Source of the DNA: a virus
Lineage: Duplodnaviria > Caudoviricetes
Direction: 5' to 3' (one strand)
Length of the DNA stretch: 31,081 nucleotides
Virus record (IMG/VR): IMGVR_UViG_3300013020_000009
Coordinates: 1-31,081 of that record
How positions within the stretch are numbered: position 1 is the stretch's first letter; each line of letters opens with the position of its first letter. The position numbers and the translations under genes were made by a program. Shown one piece after another: positions 18,659 through 26,376 of the stretch. The notes below the pieces were generated by a model. It was given only the letters and a program-made list of their open reading frames with translations, was not told the origin of the DNA and did no database searches.

Positions 18659-18695
18659 AAAAAAAGTCGATTAAATATTTAATCGACTTTTTTTT
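18659..18695 (+). terminator. Intrinsic terminator (perfect 36-bp palindrome)
   Basis: AAAAAAAGTCGATTAAAT|ATTTAATCGACTTTTTTT(T) just after the sheath stop. Confidence 0.85.
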
Positions 18696-18714
18696 GTTAA
18701 AAATGTTAAATAAA

Positions 18715-18724
18715 ACTATTTATA
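18715..18724 (+). promoter_or_regulatory. Putative late promoter ACTATTTATA (tube operon)
   Basis: Directly after the sheath terminator, 13 nt before the ATG at 18738. Confidence 0.7.
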
Positions 18725-18737
18725 TTAAAATAAAACT

Positions 18738-18971
18738 ATGAAAGAAATAATAGAAGATCCTTTTTTAGGTGATGCAAAGGAACCATTTTTAGATAGTGAA
18801 TATGTTTCTACTAAAAATATTGCAGAATTAAATACAAAAGAAAAGAAATTATCAAAATTTAATAGTAGAAATATAAAAAGGATTGGTGTAATAGATAACA
18901 CACCTAAATTAAAGAACAAATTTAAAACTTCTAAATCTCAAAAGAGAATAAATAGAAGAATAAACAAATAA
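18738..18971 (+). CDS. Small hypothetical protein, acidic N-terminus and very basic C-terminus
   Basis: 77 aa between the late motif and the tube gene. Confidence 0.55.
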   Translation: MKEIIEDPFLGDAKEPFLDSEYVSTKNIAELNTKEKKLSKFNSRNIKRIGVIDNTPKLKNKFKTSKSQKRINRRINK

Positions 18972-18994
18972 TTTTAAAAATAAAACAAACAATT

Positions 18995-19483
18995 ATGAGT
19001 GATTTACTATTAGGAGTACCTATGGATTATGAACCTAGAACAAAAAACAGGTTCTTTTTAGAGTTTCCAGATGATGTAGGTATTGAAATATGGAAAGTAC
19101 AAAAATTTGACAGACCTAAATTAGATATTGATAATGTTGAAATTCAATGGTTTCATGAAACTCAATACTTTTCTAATAAGTATAAATGGCAACCATTAAC
19201 AATAACATTATTAGATGTTATTGCACCATCAACGGGTCAACAAGTTATGGAATGGGTTAGACTACATGCTGAAAGTATTACAGGTAGAATGGGTTATGCT
19301 CAGGGATATAAAAAGAACTTAATATTAAAAAGTACAGACCCAACAGGAGTGTCTATCGAGAAATGGTCATTGGAACAATGTAATATTACCAATGTTGATT
19401 TTCAAGATAATGATATGGAATCAAATGAAGCACAAAAAATAACAATAACAATACAACCTCAAAGGTGTATATTAAATGCATAA
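18995..19483 (+). CDS. gp19: Tail tube protein (gp19 family)
   Basis: EPRTKNRF..RPKL..KWQPLTITLLD..VMEW..GYAQGYKK..DPTG..IEKWSL; located after the sheath gene. Confidence 0.92.
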   Translation: MSDLLLGVPMDYEPRTKNRFFLEFPDDVGIEIWKVQKFDRPKLDIDNVEIQWFHETQYFSNKYKWQPLTITLLDVIAPSTGQQVMEWVRLHAESITGRMGYAQGYKKNLILKSTDPTGVSIEKWSLEQCNITNVDFQDNDMESNEAQKITITIQPQRCILNA

Positions 19484-19514
19484 AAAAAAGCCTGTTTTTA
19501 AACAGGCTTTTTTT
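19483..19514. terminator. Bidirectional intrinsic terminator
   Basis: AAAAAAAGCCTGTTT-TT-AAACAGGCTTTTTTT between the convergent tube and spike genes. Confidence 0.85.
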
Positions 19515-19515
19515 A

Positions 19516-20412
19516 TTAATTTATTACTATATTTTTTTGTAATATACTTTCAAAATCTATTTTCTGTAATTTAATTATAACATCATTTGGATCTGATGGA
19601 ACACCATGATATGGATGTATATGTTGTATTAATGCATCTCTAATCATTTCCAATGATTTTACAATAACATCACCTCTACCTAATGGATGTCCATCTTTAA
19701 ATATTTTATTTTTATATTCATTATCTAAATCATATGATCTGAATAAAGGTATACCATCATGTGATATAATCGCAATTTTATCTGACATAATAATATTTTC
19801 AGATATTGGATTGTTGTTTTTATCTTTATTTGTAAAATCTTGTAATATTATTGATGGATTTTTTTTATTCTTCTTTAATGGGTTGTTTTTTAAATGTTTT
19901 CCAACTCGAATTAAATTTTTATTATCTTTTAAAATAATATCATTATTTTTTCTACCAATTAAAGCAACATCATCTTTATCAGGGAAAACATCTTCTGCAT
20001 CAGGGTATTGACTTAATGATGGTTGTGGCTTTGTTACACCTAAATGTGTAGTTGATAATGCTGTATATATTCCATCGTATTGAATGTTTTGTAATTGAGA
20101 TATAATACTACCCATCCATAATCTACCTCTTTGAGGATGATCTGGATTTTCTAATAATATTCTTACAACCTCACCTTGTTTTGGTATAATGTGAAAAAAT
20201 TTAGGTAAAAATGGATATGAATATGGTAAATCTGAATCATTTATCATGTTATCCAAATCAGGTATTCTAATTTTTAATCGACCACTTTCATACTCATCAT
20301 TATTAGATATTACTTCACCCCAATAAACAATTCTATTAGTTTTAATATTTGATTCTGGACGATCAAAATTACTGTTATAAGTTATGTTATTTTTTTTAAA
20401 ATATTTATTCAT
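19516..20412 (-). CDS. Baseplate central spike / gp5-like OB-fold protein
   Basis: WGEVISNNDEYESGRLKIRI..LP...P...PKQGEVV..WMG (gp5/VgrG OB-fold); C-terminal HIHPYH metal-binding tip motif. Confidence 0.8.
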   Translation of the reverse strand: MNKYFKKNNITYNSNFDRPESNIKTNRIVYWGEVISNNDEYESGRLKIRIPDLDNMINDSDLPYSYPFLPKFFHIIPKQGEVVRILLENPDHPQRGRLWMGSIISQLQNIQYDGIYTALSTTHLGVTKPQPSLSQYPDAEDVFPDKDDVALIGRKNNDIILKDNKNLIRVGKHLKNNPLKKNKKNPSIILQDFTNKDKNNNPISENIIMSDKIAIISHDGIPLFRSYDLDNEYKNKIFKDGHPLGRGDVIVKSLEMIRDALIQHIHPYHGVPSDPNDVIIKLQKIDFESILQKNIVIN

Positions 20413-20602
20413 TTATTTCTACAAATTTTTCAATCAAAAGAATATATTCTTCTTCAACAATTTTTAAATTTTTCTCTAATTCGTTTAATTCTTTTTCTGT
20501 TTTTTCAATAAGATTTATTTTTTCTAAAATATTTTTTTTTGTTTCAATATGTTTTTTTTCAACAAATTTAATTTTATTTAAAATTTCATATTTTGAGTCC
20601 AT
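20405..20602 (-). CDS. Small coiled-coil hypothetical protein
   Basis: 65 aa E/K-rich heptad pattern; overlaps the spike start. Confidence 0.6.
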   Translation of the reverse strand: MDSKYEILNKIKFVEKKHIETKKNILEKINLIEKTEKELNELEKNLKIVEEEYILLIEKFVEINE

Positions 20603-20613
20603 AAAAAATTTAT

Positions 20614-21009
20614 TTATTGTATTACACCATAACCTCTAGTTAATGTTATTGTTGATCCAATAGTTGCTACTGGCCCTGCTGGAGATGTACCTGCGGAAGA
20701 AACAGTTGTTCCCGGAGGAATTCCAACACTGATAATTGCTTCTTGTTGTAATGCTTTAATTATTTCTTCAATTCTAATTCTTTCCATTATTTCATCTGGA
20801 GATACACTACCAGACGGTAAATTACCAACAGGTAATCCAGCTTCAGATTTTCTAGCAATAATCTTAGAAGCTATTTTTGTTGGTGATAATCCAGTCCTGT
20901 TTGATGTTCCAAGAATAATTAAAGGTGTTGGTATTACAGGAGTTGGAGTGTTAATATTTAACACTTTTTCAAATGCACCAATTAAACTATTTAAATTATT
21001 GTAATCCAT
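20614..21009 (-). CDS. Hypothetical protein, probably virion/baseplate-associated
   Basis: 131 aa, Pro/Gly/Thr-rich C-terminus; in the spike operon. Confidence 0.65.
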   Translation of the reverse strand: MDYNNLNSLIGAFEKVLNINTPTPVIPTPLIILGTSNRTGLSPTKIASKIIARKSEAGLPVGNLPSGSVSPDEIMERIRIEEIIKALQQEAIISVGIPPGTTVSSAGTSPAGPVATIGSTITLTRGYGVIQ

Positions 21010-21020
21010 AATATTTCAAA

Positions 21021-22292
21021 TTAAAACCCTGCTAAACTTTTCAAAATTCCGCTATATTGTGTTATCTTTTCTTTTACTATTCTTTTCATAAATGGTTTTA
21101 TCAACCCATTTAATTCAGATTTAACAATATTAAATATTTCAGAATTAATTTCATTTTTTGCTTTTTCAGAAATACATTCTATTGTTTTCCTATTTTCGTT
21201 TATATATTCATCAATATTAGTATTGATTGTATTATTATTTAATTTTGAAATAATATTATTAAGTATTATTGTTTTAGGTGTTAAAATAAATGAATTTATT
21301 AATTCTAATTGAAAACCATTTATTAAATCTTTATTATATTTATCTTTTGCAGAATCAGTATTATTATCAGAATCATAAGTATTATTAAATATATTTTCCA
21401 ATTCATTACCAATTGAATTATTATCAGGATTAGTATTCATGTTTTTAATACTATTAGATAACACATCAATATCTAATGATGTTTTAAATATACCACAACC
21501 CCAATTATATTCAACAAATCCATTTAAAATTGATTCTGATTTTTCTTCAATATTGTTTATTTCATCTACAGATAATTCATTTGACTCATCATAAACAATT
21601 TTTTCGATTTTCTTTTTAGTTTTTAATTTATTAATTATTTGATTTTTGTTTATATTATCATTATTCAAACCAAATAAATTATCAAAAATATTTGTTATGA
21701 ATTCATTTTTGTTTGTTGAGTTATTTTCATATATGTATTCCTCATAAAAATCATTTACTATTTGTTGATCATTTAAAGGTTTTATAATTAATTCATCATT
21801 TATATCATTATATTCTGCAATTATATTGTTTATTTCTAAAGGTGTATTTGGGTTATTAATCGTTTGATATAATTTATAATCGAAACTATTAACATCATTC
21901 TCACCATAAATTAATTTACCTATATCATTATTAGGGTCTGTTTTTAATTTATTATTTACATCAATATTTTTGACAGGTAGTATTATTTCATTAAAATTTG
22001 TTTGAGATATTGTTTTATCTGAAAATGGTGATATTGTAGTATTCATCAACTGATTATTTAATATTGGAATACTATTATCATACGTTTTACTAAAAATACT
22101 TCCTAAAATTTTAAATAATCCATACCCACCCATAACAACAGTAGCTATATCTAATAAAAAACTTAATGGATCTTTTTTATTAGATATAGAAAATAAACTA
22201 TCATTTGTTTTAATTTCTCTATTATTTTCACCAAAAGATTTAATAGAATTAATACTATTAAATATATCTTTTTTACTTGATATTAAACTCAT
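21021..22292 (-). CDS. Hypothetical protein (Asn-rich), late operon
   Basis: 423-aa ORF co-directional within the spike operon. Confidence 0.65.
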   Translation of the reverse strand: MSLISSKKDIFNSINSIKSFGENNREIKTNDSLFSISNKKDPLSFLLDIATVVMGGYGLFKILGSIFSKTYDNSIPILNNQLMNTTISPFSDKTISQTNFNEIILPVKNIDVNNKLKTDPNNDIGKLIYGENDVNSFDYKLYQTINNPNTPLEINNIIAEYNDINDELIIKPLNDQQIVNDFYEEYIYENNSTNKNEFITNIFDNLFGLNNDNINKNQIINKLKTKKKIEKIVYDESNELSVDEINNIEEKSESILNGFVEYNWGCGIFKTSLDIDVLSNSIKNMNTNPDNNSIGNELENIFNNTYDSDNNTDSAKDKYNKDLINGFQLELINSFILTPKTIILNNIISKLNNNTINTNIDEYINENRKTIECISEKAKNEINSEIFNIVKSELNGLIKPFMKRIVKEKITQYSGILKSLAGF

Positions 22293-22301
22293 CTACAATA
22301 G

Positions 22302-22664
22302 TTATCTTTTTTTTCTTGTGGCATTAGCAACCATATCAATTAATTCATTCCTTCTTTCTTCACTAACACTATTTTCCTCTTCATTATTACCACTATCGTT
22401 ATTTTTATTATTAAAAACAACATCTTTTAATATTTTTAATAAAGCTATTTTTCTATCTTGTGTTTTAGATTCTTCAGCAATAAGTTTAATTATTTCTTGT
22501 CCAATAGCTGCAACTTCACCATTCTCTTTAACCTTAGCTTCCCATTTAGTAAATAAACTAACAATTCTACTTCTGATAATATGTGTGTCATTGTAAATTT
22601 CTTGCAATAAATCATTCACACTACTTTCATCAAATTTAATTTTTCTTCTTGACGGTCTAGGCAT
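22302..22664 (-). CDS. Helical hypothetical protein (weak terminase small subunit candidate)
   Basis: 120 aa of amphipathic helices; late-type motif upstream. Function speculative. Confidence 0.55.
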   Translation of the reverse strand: MPRPSRRKIKFDESSVNDLLQEIYNDTHIIRSRIVSLFTKWEAKVKENGEVAAIGQEIIKLIAEESKTQDRKIALLKILKDVVFNNKNNDSGNNEEENSVSEERRNELIDMVANATRKKR

Positions 22665-22679
22665 AATATTTCTTTTATA

Positions 22680-22689
22680 TATAAATATT
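22680..22689 (-). promoter_or_regulatory. Putative late promoter variant (AATATTTATA)
   Basis: 15 nt upstream of the ATG at 22664, heading the spike operon. Confidence 0.55.
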
Positions 22690-22702
22690 TACAATATATG
22701 TT

Positions 22703-23452
22703 TTATTCAAATAAATTTGATTTTTCTAAAAAATAAATTTCTGTAAATGGTTTCATAGCCAATCTAATTTCTTTTGTTGATAAACGTGTTTGTTCTTTCA
22801 AAAACAATAATATTTTATTTTTTGCAAATTTTTTAGATGTATTCATATTATATTCTGAATCTGCAACTTCTTCCATGAATAAAATATCCCAATTATCTAA
22901 AACATTAATTATAGCTTCTCCAACCATAATCTCTTCTGTTTTTAAATTTGATGAATTATCTAAAACTTCTTTAATTTTATCTATTATTAAATCTATTAAT
23001 TCTATATATTTATCATCATAATCATCAATCTCATATAAAAAATCATCTTTTTTTTCTATTTCATTTTGATAATCATCATAAGGTAAATTAATTGTTTTTT
23101 CTTTACTTGTTTCTTTACTATGTTTTATATAAAAATTGCGAACAATAGTTTGACAATAACTAAATGCTTTTGGTTTTCTACCACCTTCTAAAATCCTATT
23201 TGGATTATAACTGATCATTTGTTCAATCAAATGTGATAATGCATATTGTTGAACCTCTTCTAAAGAATAATTACCTAAATGTAAAGGATATTTTTTAGAT
23301 ATTGATTCAACCATCTTTCTAAATGGTTCTTTTAAAACGTTCTCATATATTTCATTTTTTACTTCCTCAGAATCAGTTGTAATATAATCTATAACAGCTT
23401 GTTCTTCAAGATAGTCAAAATATAATTTTTTTTCTTTTTTCTTTCTACCCAT
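22703..23452 (-). CDS. Phage RNA polymerase sigma factor, T4 gp55-like (late transcription)
   Basis: YF...E..A...Y ... MVESISKKY ... EEVQQYALSHL ... YNP ... KAFSYCQTIVRNFYI resembles sigma region 2 / gp55 (F.P.....FAY.TQI...AF). Confidence 0.7.
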   Translation of the reverse strand: MGRKKKEKKLYFDYLEEQAVIDYITTDSEEVKNEIYENVLKEPFRKMVESISKKYPLHLGNYSLEEVQQYALSHLIEQMISYNPNRILEGGRKPKAFSYCQTIVRNFYIKHSKETSKEKTINLPYDDYQNEIEKKDDFLYEIDDYDDKYIELIDLIIDKIKEVLDNSSNLKTEEIMVGEAIINVLDNWDILFMEEVADSEYNMNTSKKFAKNKILLFLKEQTRLSTKEIRLAMKPFTEIYFLEKSNLFE

Positions 23453-23483
23453 GTATTTATTATTCCCATAATATTGTTATTTA

Positions 23484-23521
23484 AAACGGTTATATATATA
23501 AGTTTATATATATAACCGTTT
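23484..23521. repeat. 18-bp perfect inverted repeat upstream of the sigma gene (terminator/attenuator or operator)
   Basis: AAACGGTTATATATATAA-GT-TTATATATATAACCGTTT. Confidence 0.8.
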
Positions 23522-23529
23522 GTTATTTT

Positions 23530-24330
23530 TTATTCAATTTCTAATTCTATATCTCTATCTGTATTAAAAAAATATTCTTTTTTTGCCGTTTTAAACCAAA
23601 AACCTCTTTCTTTAATACTCATAGTATCCATGTAATTTTTAAATAAACTACCATCTCTACCCTCAACATGTTTACATCCTATTTTAGGTAATACAAAAAT
23701 CTTATGAGAATTATTTAACATTCTCAACATAAATTCATAATTAAATGCTAATTTTATTTTAGTTTTTAAACCTCCAATATCTTTAAAGAATTTAGTATTT
23801 ATGATAGCACCACTAATTTTAAAATCACTAAATTCTTTAAGTTTATCTAATGTTAAGAATCCTAATTCGTTATCCTCACCAACAAATTGTCTAGACCAAG
23901 CATATTCATTTGTTAATTTTTGAGGTTCTTCTTTTTCATTTACTTCAATTAAAATATTTAACAGAACACCAACATTGTCTAATTCTTTTTCATTATAATA
24001 ACTATCAAAACGACTCAAATAATTTTCGTTTAATTCATCATCATATTCTAAAATTAAAAAATATTCAGTTTTAACATATTTTGATGCGTGATTAATCTGT
24101 CCTTGAAATGAACTATCACCATCATTTTTAATAACTTCTATATTTTTTACTTTTGAATATTTAGATATTATATTATCATGTGTTTTTGTATTTGAAACAA
24201 TTAAAATAAATGGATTATAATTAATTCTTTTTTGTTTCAACACACTATCAATACTTTCATTTAAATATTGTTCAACTTTTTCATTAAATTCGTGTACTGG
24301 AATAACTATTGTTGTATTATTTTTCTTCAT
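23530..24330 (-). CDS. Glycosyltransferase, GT-A fold (family 2-like)
   Basis: TIVIPVH..YLNESIDSVLKQ..VKTEYFLILEYDD..GAII..F..IGG..YEFMLR. Confidence 0.85.
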   Translation of the reverse strand: MKKNNTTIVIPVHEFNEKVEQYLNESIDSVLKQKRINYNPFILIVSNTKTHDNIISKYSKVKNIEVIKNDGDSSFQGQINHASKYVKTEYFLILEYDDELNENYLSRFDSYYNEKELDNVGVLLNILIEVNEKEEPQKLTNEYAWSRQFVGEDNELGFLTLDKLKEFSDFKISGAIINTKFFKDIGGLKTKIKLAFNYEFMLRMLNNSHKIFVLPKIGCKHVEGRDGSLFKNYMDTMSIKERGFWFKTAKKEYFFNTDRDIELEIE

Positions 24331-25408
24331 TTTCTTTACTTTTTAAACTTTTTTCTAATGTTTCCAATCTATCATTTAATAGTTCAACATACAAACCAAC
24401 AATATCATCTTTTTGGTCTTCTTGTCTATATTTTTTATTAATAGATTCAAAATTATCATTCATTTTACTTATAAAATCAGAATCTTCTAAATAATGTCCT
24501 AATACATTAGCGATCATATCAGGTATTTCATAAATATTTTCAGCCCAATAACCATATTTAATAGTTTCTTTATCAATATAGTCTGGTTTAATATCAGGTA
24601 TTAATCCAATTGGAAATGTTTTTGTTTTGTAACATTCTAATGGAAAAGTACCAAAGCTAGAAATTCTATCAATCCACACAGCAGCAAAAGATTCATCCAA
24701 CTTCTTAGCAAAATCCTGTCTAGATAATTGTTTAATATCATCTGTTTCAGAATATACCATACCATCAAAAGATAACCAGCTATATTGTGGATATTTCATA
24801 TAAAACAATTTAACAATTTTAGTAATATCATTTTTATTTCTATATACTATTGGTATCGTTGGTTTTTTATTTTTTATTTTATTTTCAAAATAACTAGGAA
24901 TACCAACATCAAAAACTTTAACATCGTAATAATTACCCATAGTATTTTCAAAATAATGTTTTAATGTTTCAGATGTAGTAAACACGTTTTTAATACCAAA
25001 TTGTCCCCAATTAGAACCGGGTAATAATCCATTCAACATATAATCAAATGATTGTAATAATCCAATTCTAATTGACGGAATATTTTTTGTTTGTTCAAAA
25101 ACATTCGTTAGAATTTCTGGTATTACAACAACATCTTCAGCACCAACTTTTAATTTTATATTTGATGCGTTTTGAATTTCAACATCCAAAATACTATCCT
25201 CAATCCAATAAGGTTTTTCTATTGATTCACCATTTACTAATAATTTAACATCATAACCCTCATTCTTCATTAAATGAGCATGATAAAAAATCTCATATAT
25301 TGATGCTGATGGTTCTGTTACATCTGGTACAAAAAACAAAAATTTACTTTTTTTATTTTTAATGTTTTCAATTCTTTCTATAATTTTACTATTTTCCATT
25401 TTCTTCAA
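24317..25408 (-). CDS. Glycosyltransferase, GT-B fold (family 4-like)
   Basis: DVVVIPEI, LSRQDFAKKL, SSFGTFPLEC (variant of EGFGLPPLEA). Confidence 0.75.
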   Translation of the reverse strand: MKKMENSKIIERIENIKNKKSKFLFFVPDVTEPSASIYEIFYHAHLMKNEGYDVKLLVNGESIEKPYWIEDSILDVEIQNASNIKLKVGAEDVVVIPEILTNVFEQTKNIPSIRIGLLQSFDYMLNGLLPGSNWGQFGIKNVFTTSETLKHYFENTMGNYYDVKVFDVGIPSYFENKIKNKKPTIPIVYRNKNDITKIVKLFYMKYPQYSWLSFDGMVYSETDDIKQLSRQDFAKKLDESFAAVWIDRISSFGTFPLECYKTKTFPIGLIPDIKPDYIDKETIKYGYWAENIYEIPDMIANVLGHYLEDSDFISKMNDNFESINKKYRQEDQKDDIVGLYVELLNDRLETLEKSLKSKENEEK

Positions 25409-26114
25409 TTTTTTTTATAATTTCTTTATCTTTGACCAAATCAATTAATTGTATAAATTCATGTTCACATTCAATATCATTATTATAAGGTCTTTTTAAT
25501 TTAATAACCATTTTATCGTCTGGTTTATTTTTAAGTAATTCTGGATTAGTAGTAATTAAAACATCACAATCATCCCAAAATTCATAATATTCATCATAAA
25601 ATTTATAATTTTTAAATCTAATCATAGACTTACTTAAAAAAAACAATGTTGGTGGAATTGAATGTAGATTTTCTTTTGATACAATTGTTATTTCAAAATC
25701 TTTGAATTTATTGATAAATTCATTTAAGTGTAAATCTAAACCTCTATACATTTGAGGTGCAGATCCAAAAATTTCAAAAACAAAATCCTCATACATAAAT
25801 CTATTATATTGTTCTTCAGCAGTAAATTCCTTGCTTTCTGTTTTAAAGAGAAAAGGATCTGCTGCAGATGTACCATCATCATTAATTTGATAATCTTTTG
25901 GTGAAATATCTTCTGGAGCATCATCTTTAAGAATGTTTACTGATTCAACACCACTTTCCCATTTATATTTATTAAAATAATCAAACACATATTCTTCTTC
26001 TGGAACACCTTCTTCACCAAACTCTTGAACATACATTCTATCGAATTGAGTCCATTTATTTCTCAATATCTCATCAATTTCAATACTAATTCTAATTTTT
26101 TTATTCATAAACAA
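25389..26114 (-). CDS. HAD-fold 5'(3')-deoxyribonucleotidase-like protein with degenerate catalytic motifs
   Basis: ISIEIDEILR (motif I), ITIVS (II), DVLITTNP..IKLKRPYN (motif IV region). Start may be the Met at 26108. Confidence 0.6.
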   Translation of the reverse strand: MFMNKKIRISIEIDEILRNKWTQFDRMYVQEFGEEGVPEEEYVFDYFNKYKWESGVESVNILKDDAPEDISPKDYQINDDGTSAADPFLFKTESKEFTAEEQYNRFMYEDFVFEIFGSAPQMYRGLDLHLNEFINKFKDFEITIVSKENLHSIPPTLFFLSKSMIRFKNYKFYDEYYEFWDDCDVLITTNPELLKNKPDDKMVIKLKRPYNNDIECEHEFIQLIDLVKDKEIIKKIEENGK

Positions 26115-26376
26115 ATTCTTTAATTTTTTCTACTAATTCTTTATTTAATTTTTTTAATTCATTTTCATGTTTTTTTATTAAATTTTCATTTGTAATATAT
26201 TCAGGATTAATACAAACTAATTCAGTATTTGCCTTTGTTATATCTGGAATTAAAATATATTTAGAATCATCAGATTTAGTTTCTTTAAATACATCTCTAA
26301 CCTTTTCAGTATAAAAATTCCATTGATCTGGTGGTATTTCTTTCAATCCAATATAAAATACATAAATATGTTTCAT
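26101..26376 (-). CDS. Hypothetical protein
   Basis: 91-aa ORF overlapping the phoH stop and the next start. Confidence 0.65.
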   Translation of the reverse strand: MKHIYVFYIGLKEIPPDQWNFYTEKVRDVFKETKSDDSKYILIPDITKANTELVCINPEYITNENLIKKHENELKKLNKELVEKIKEFVYE

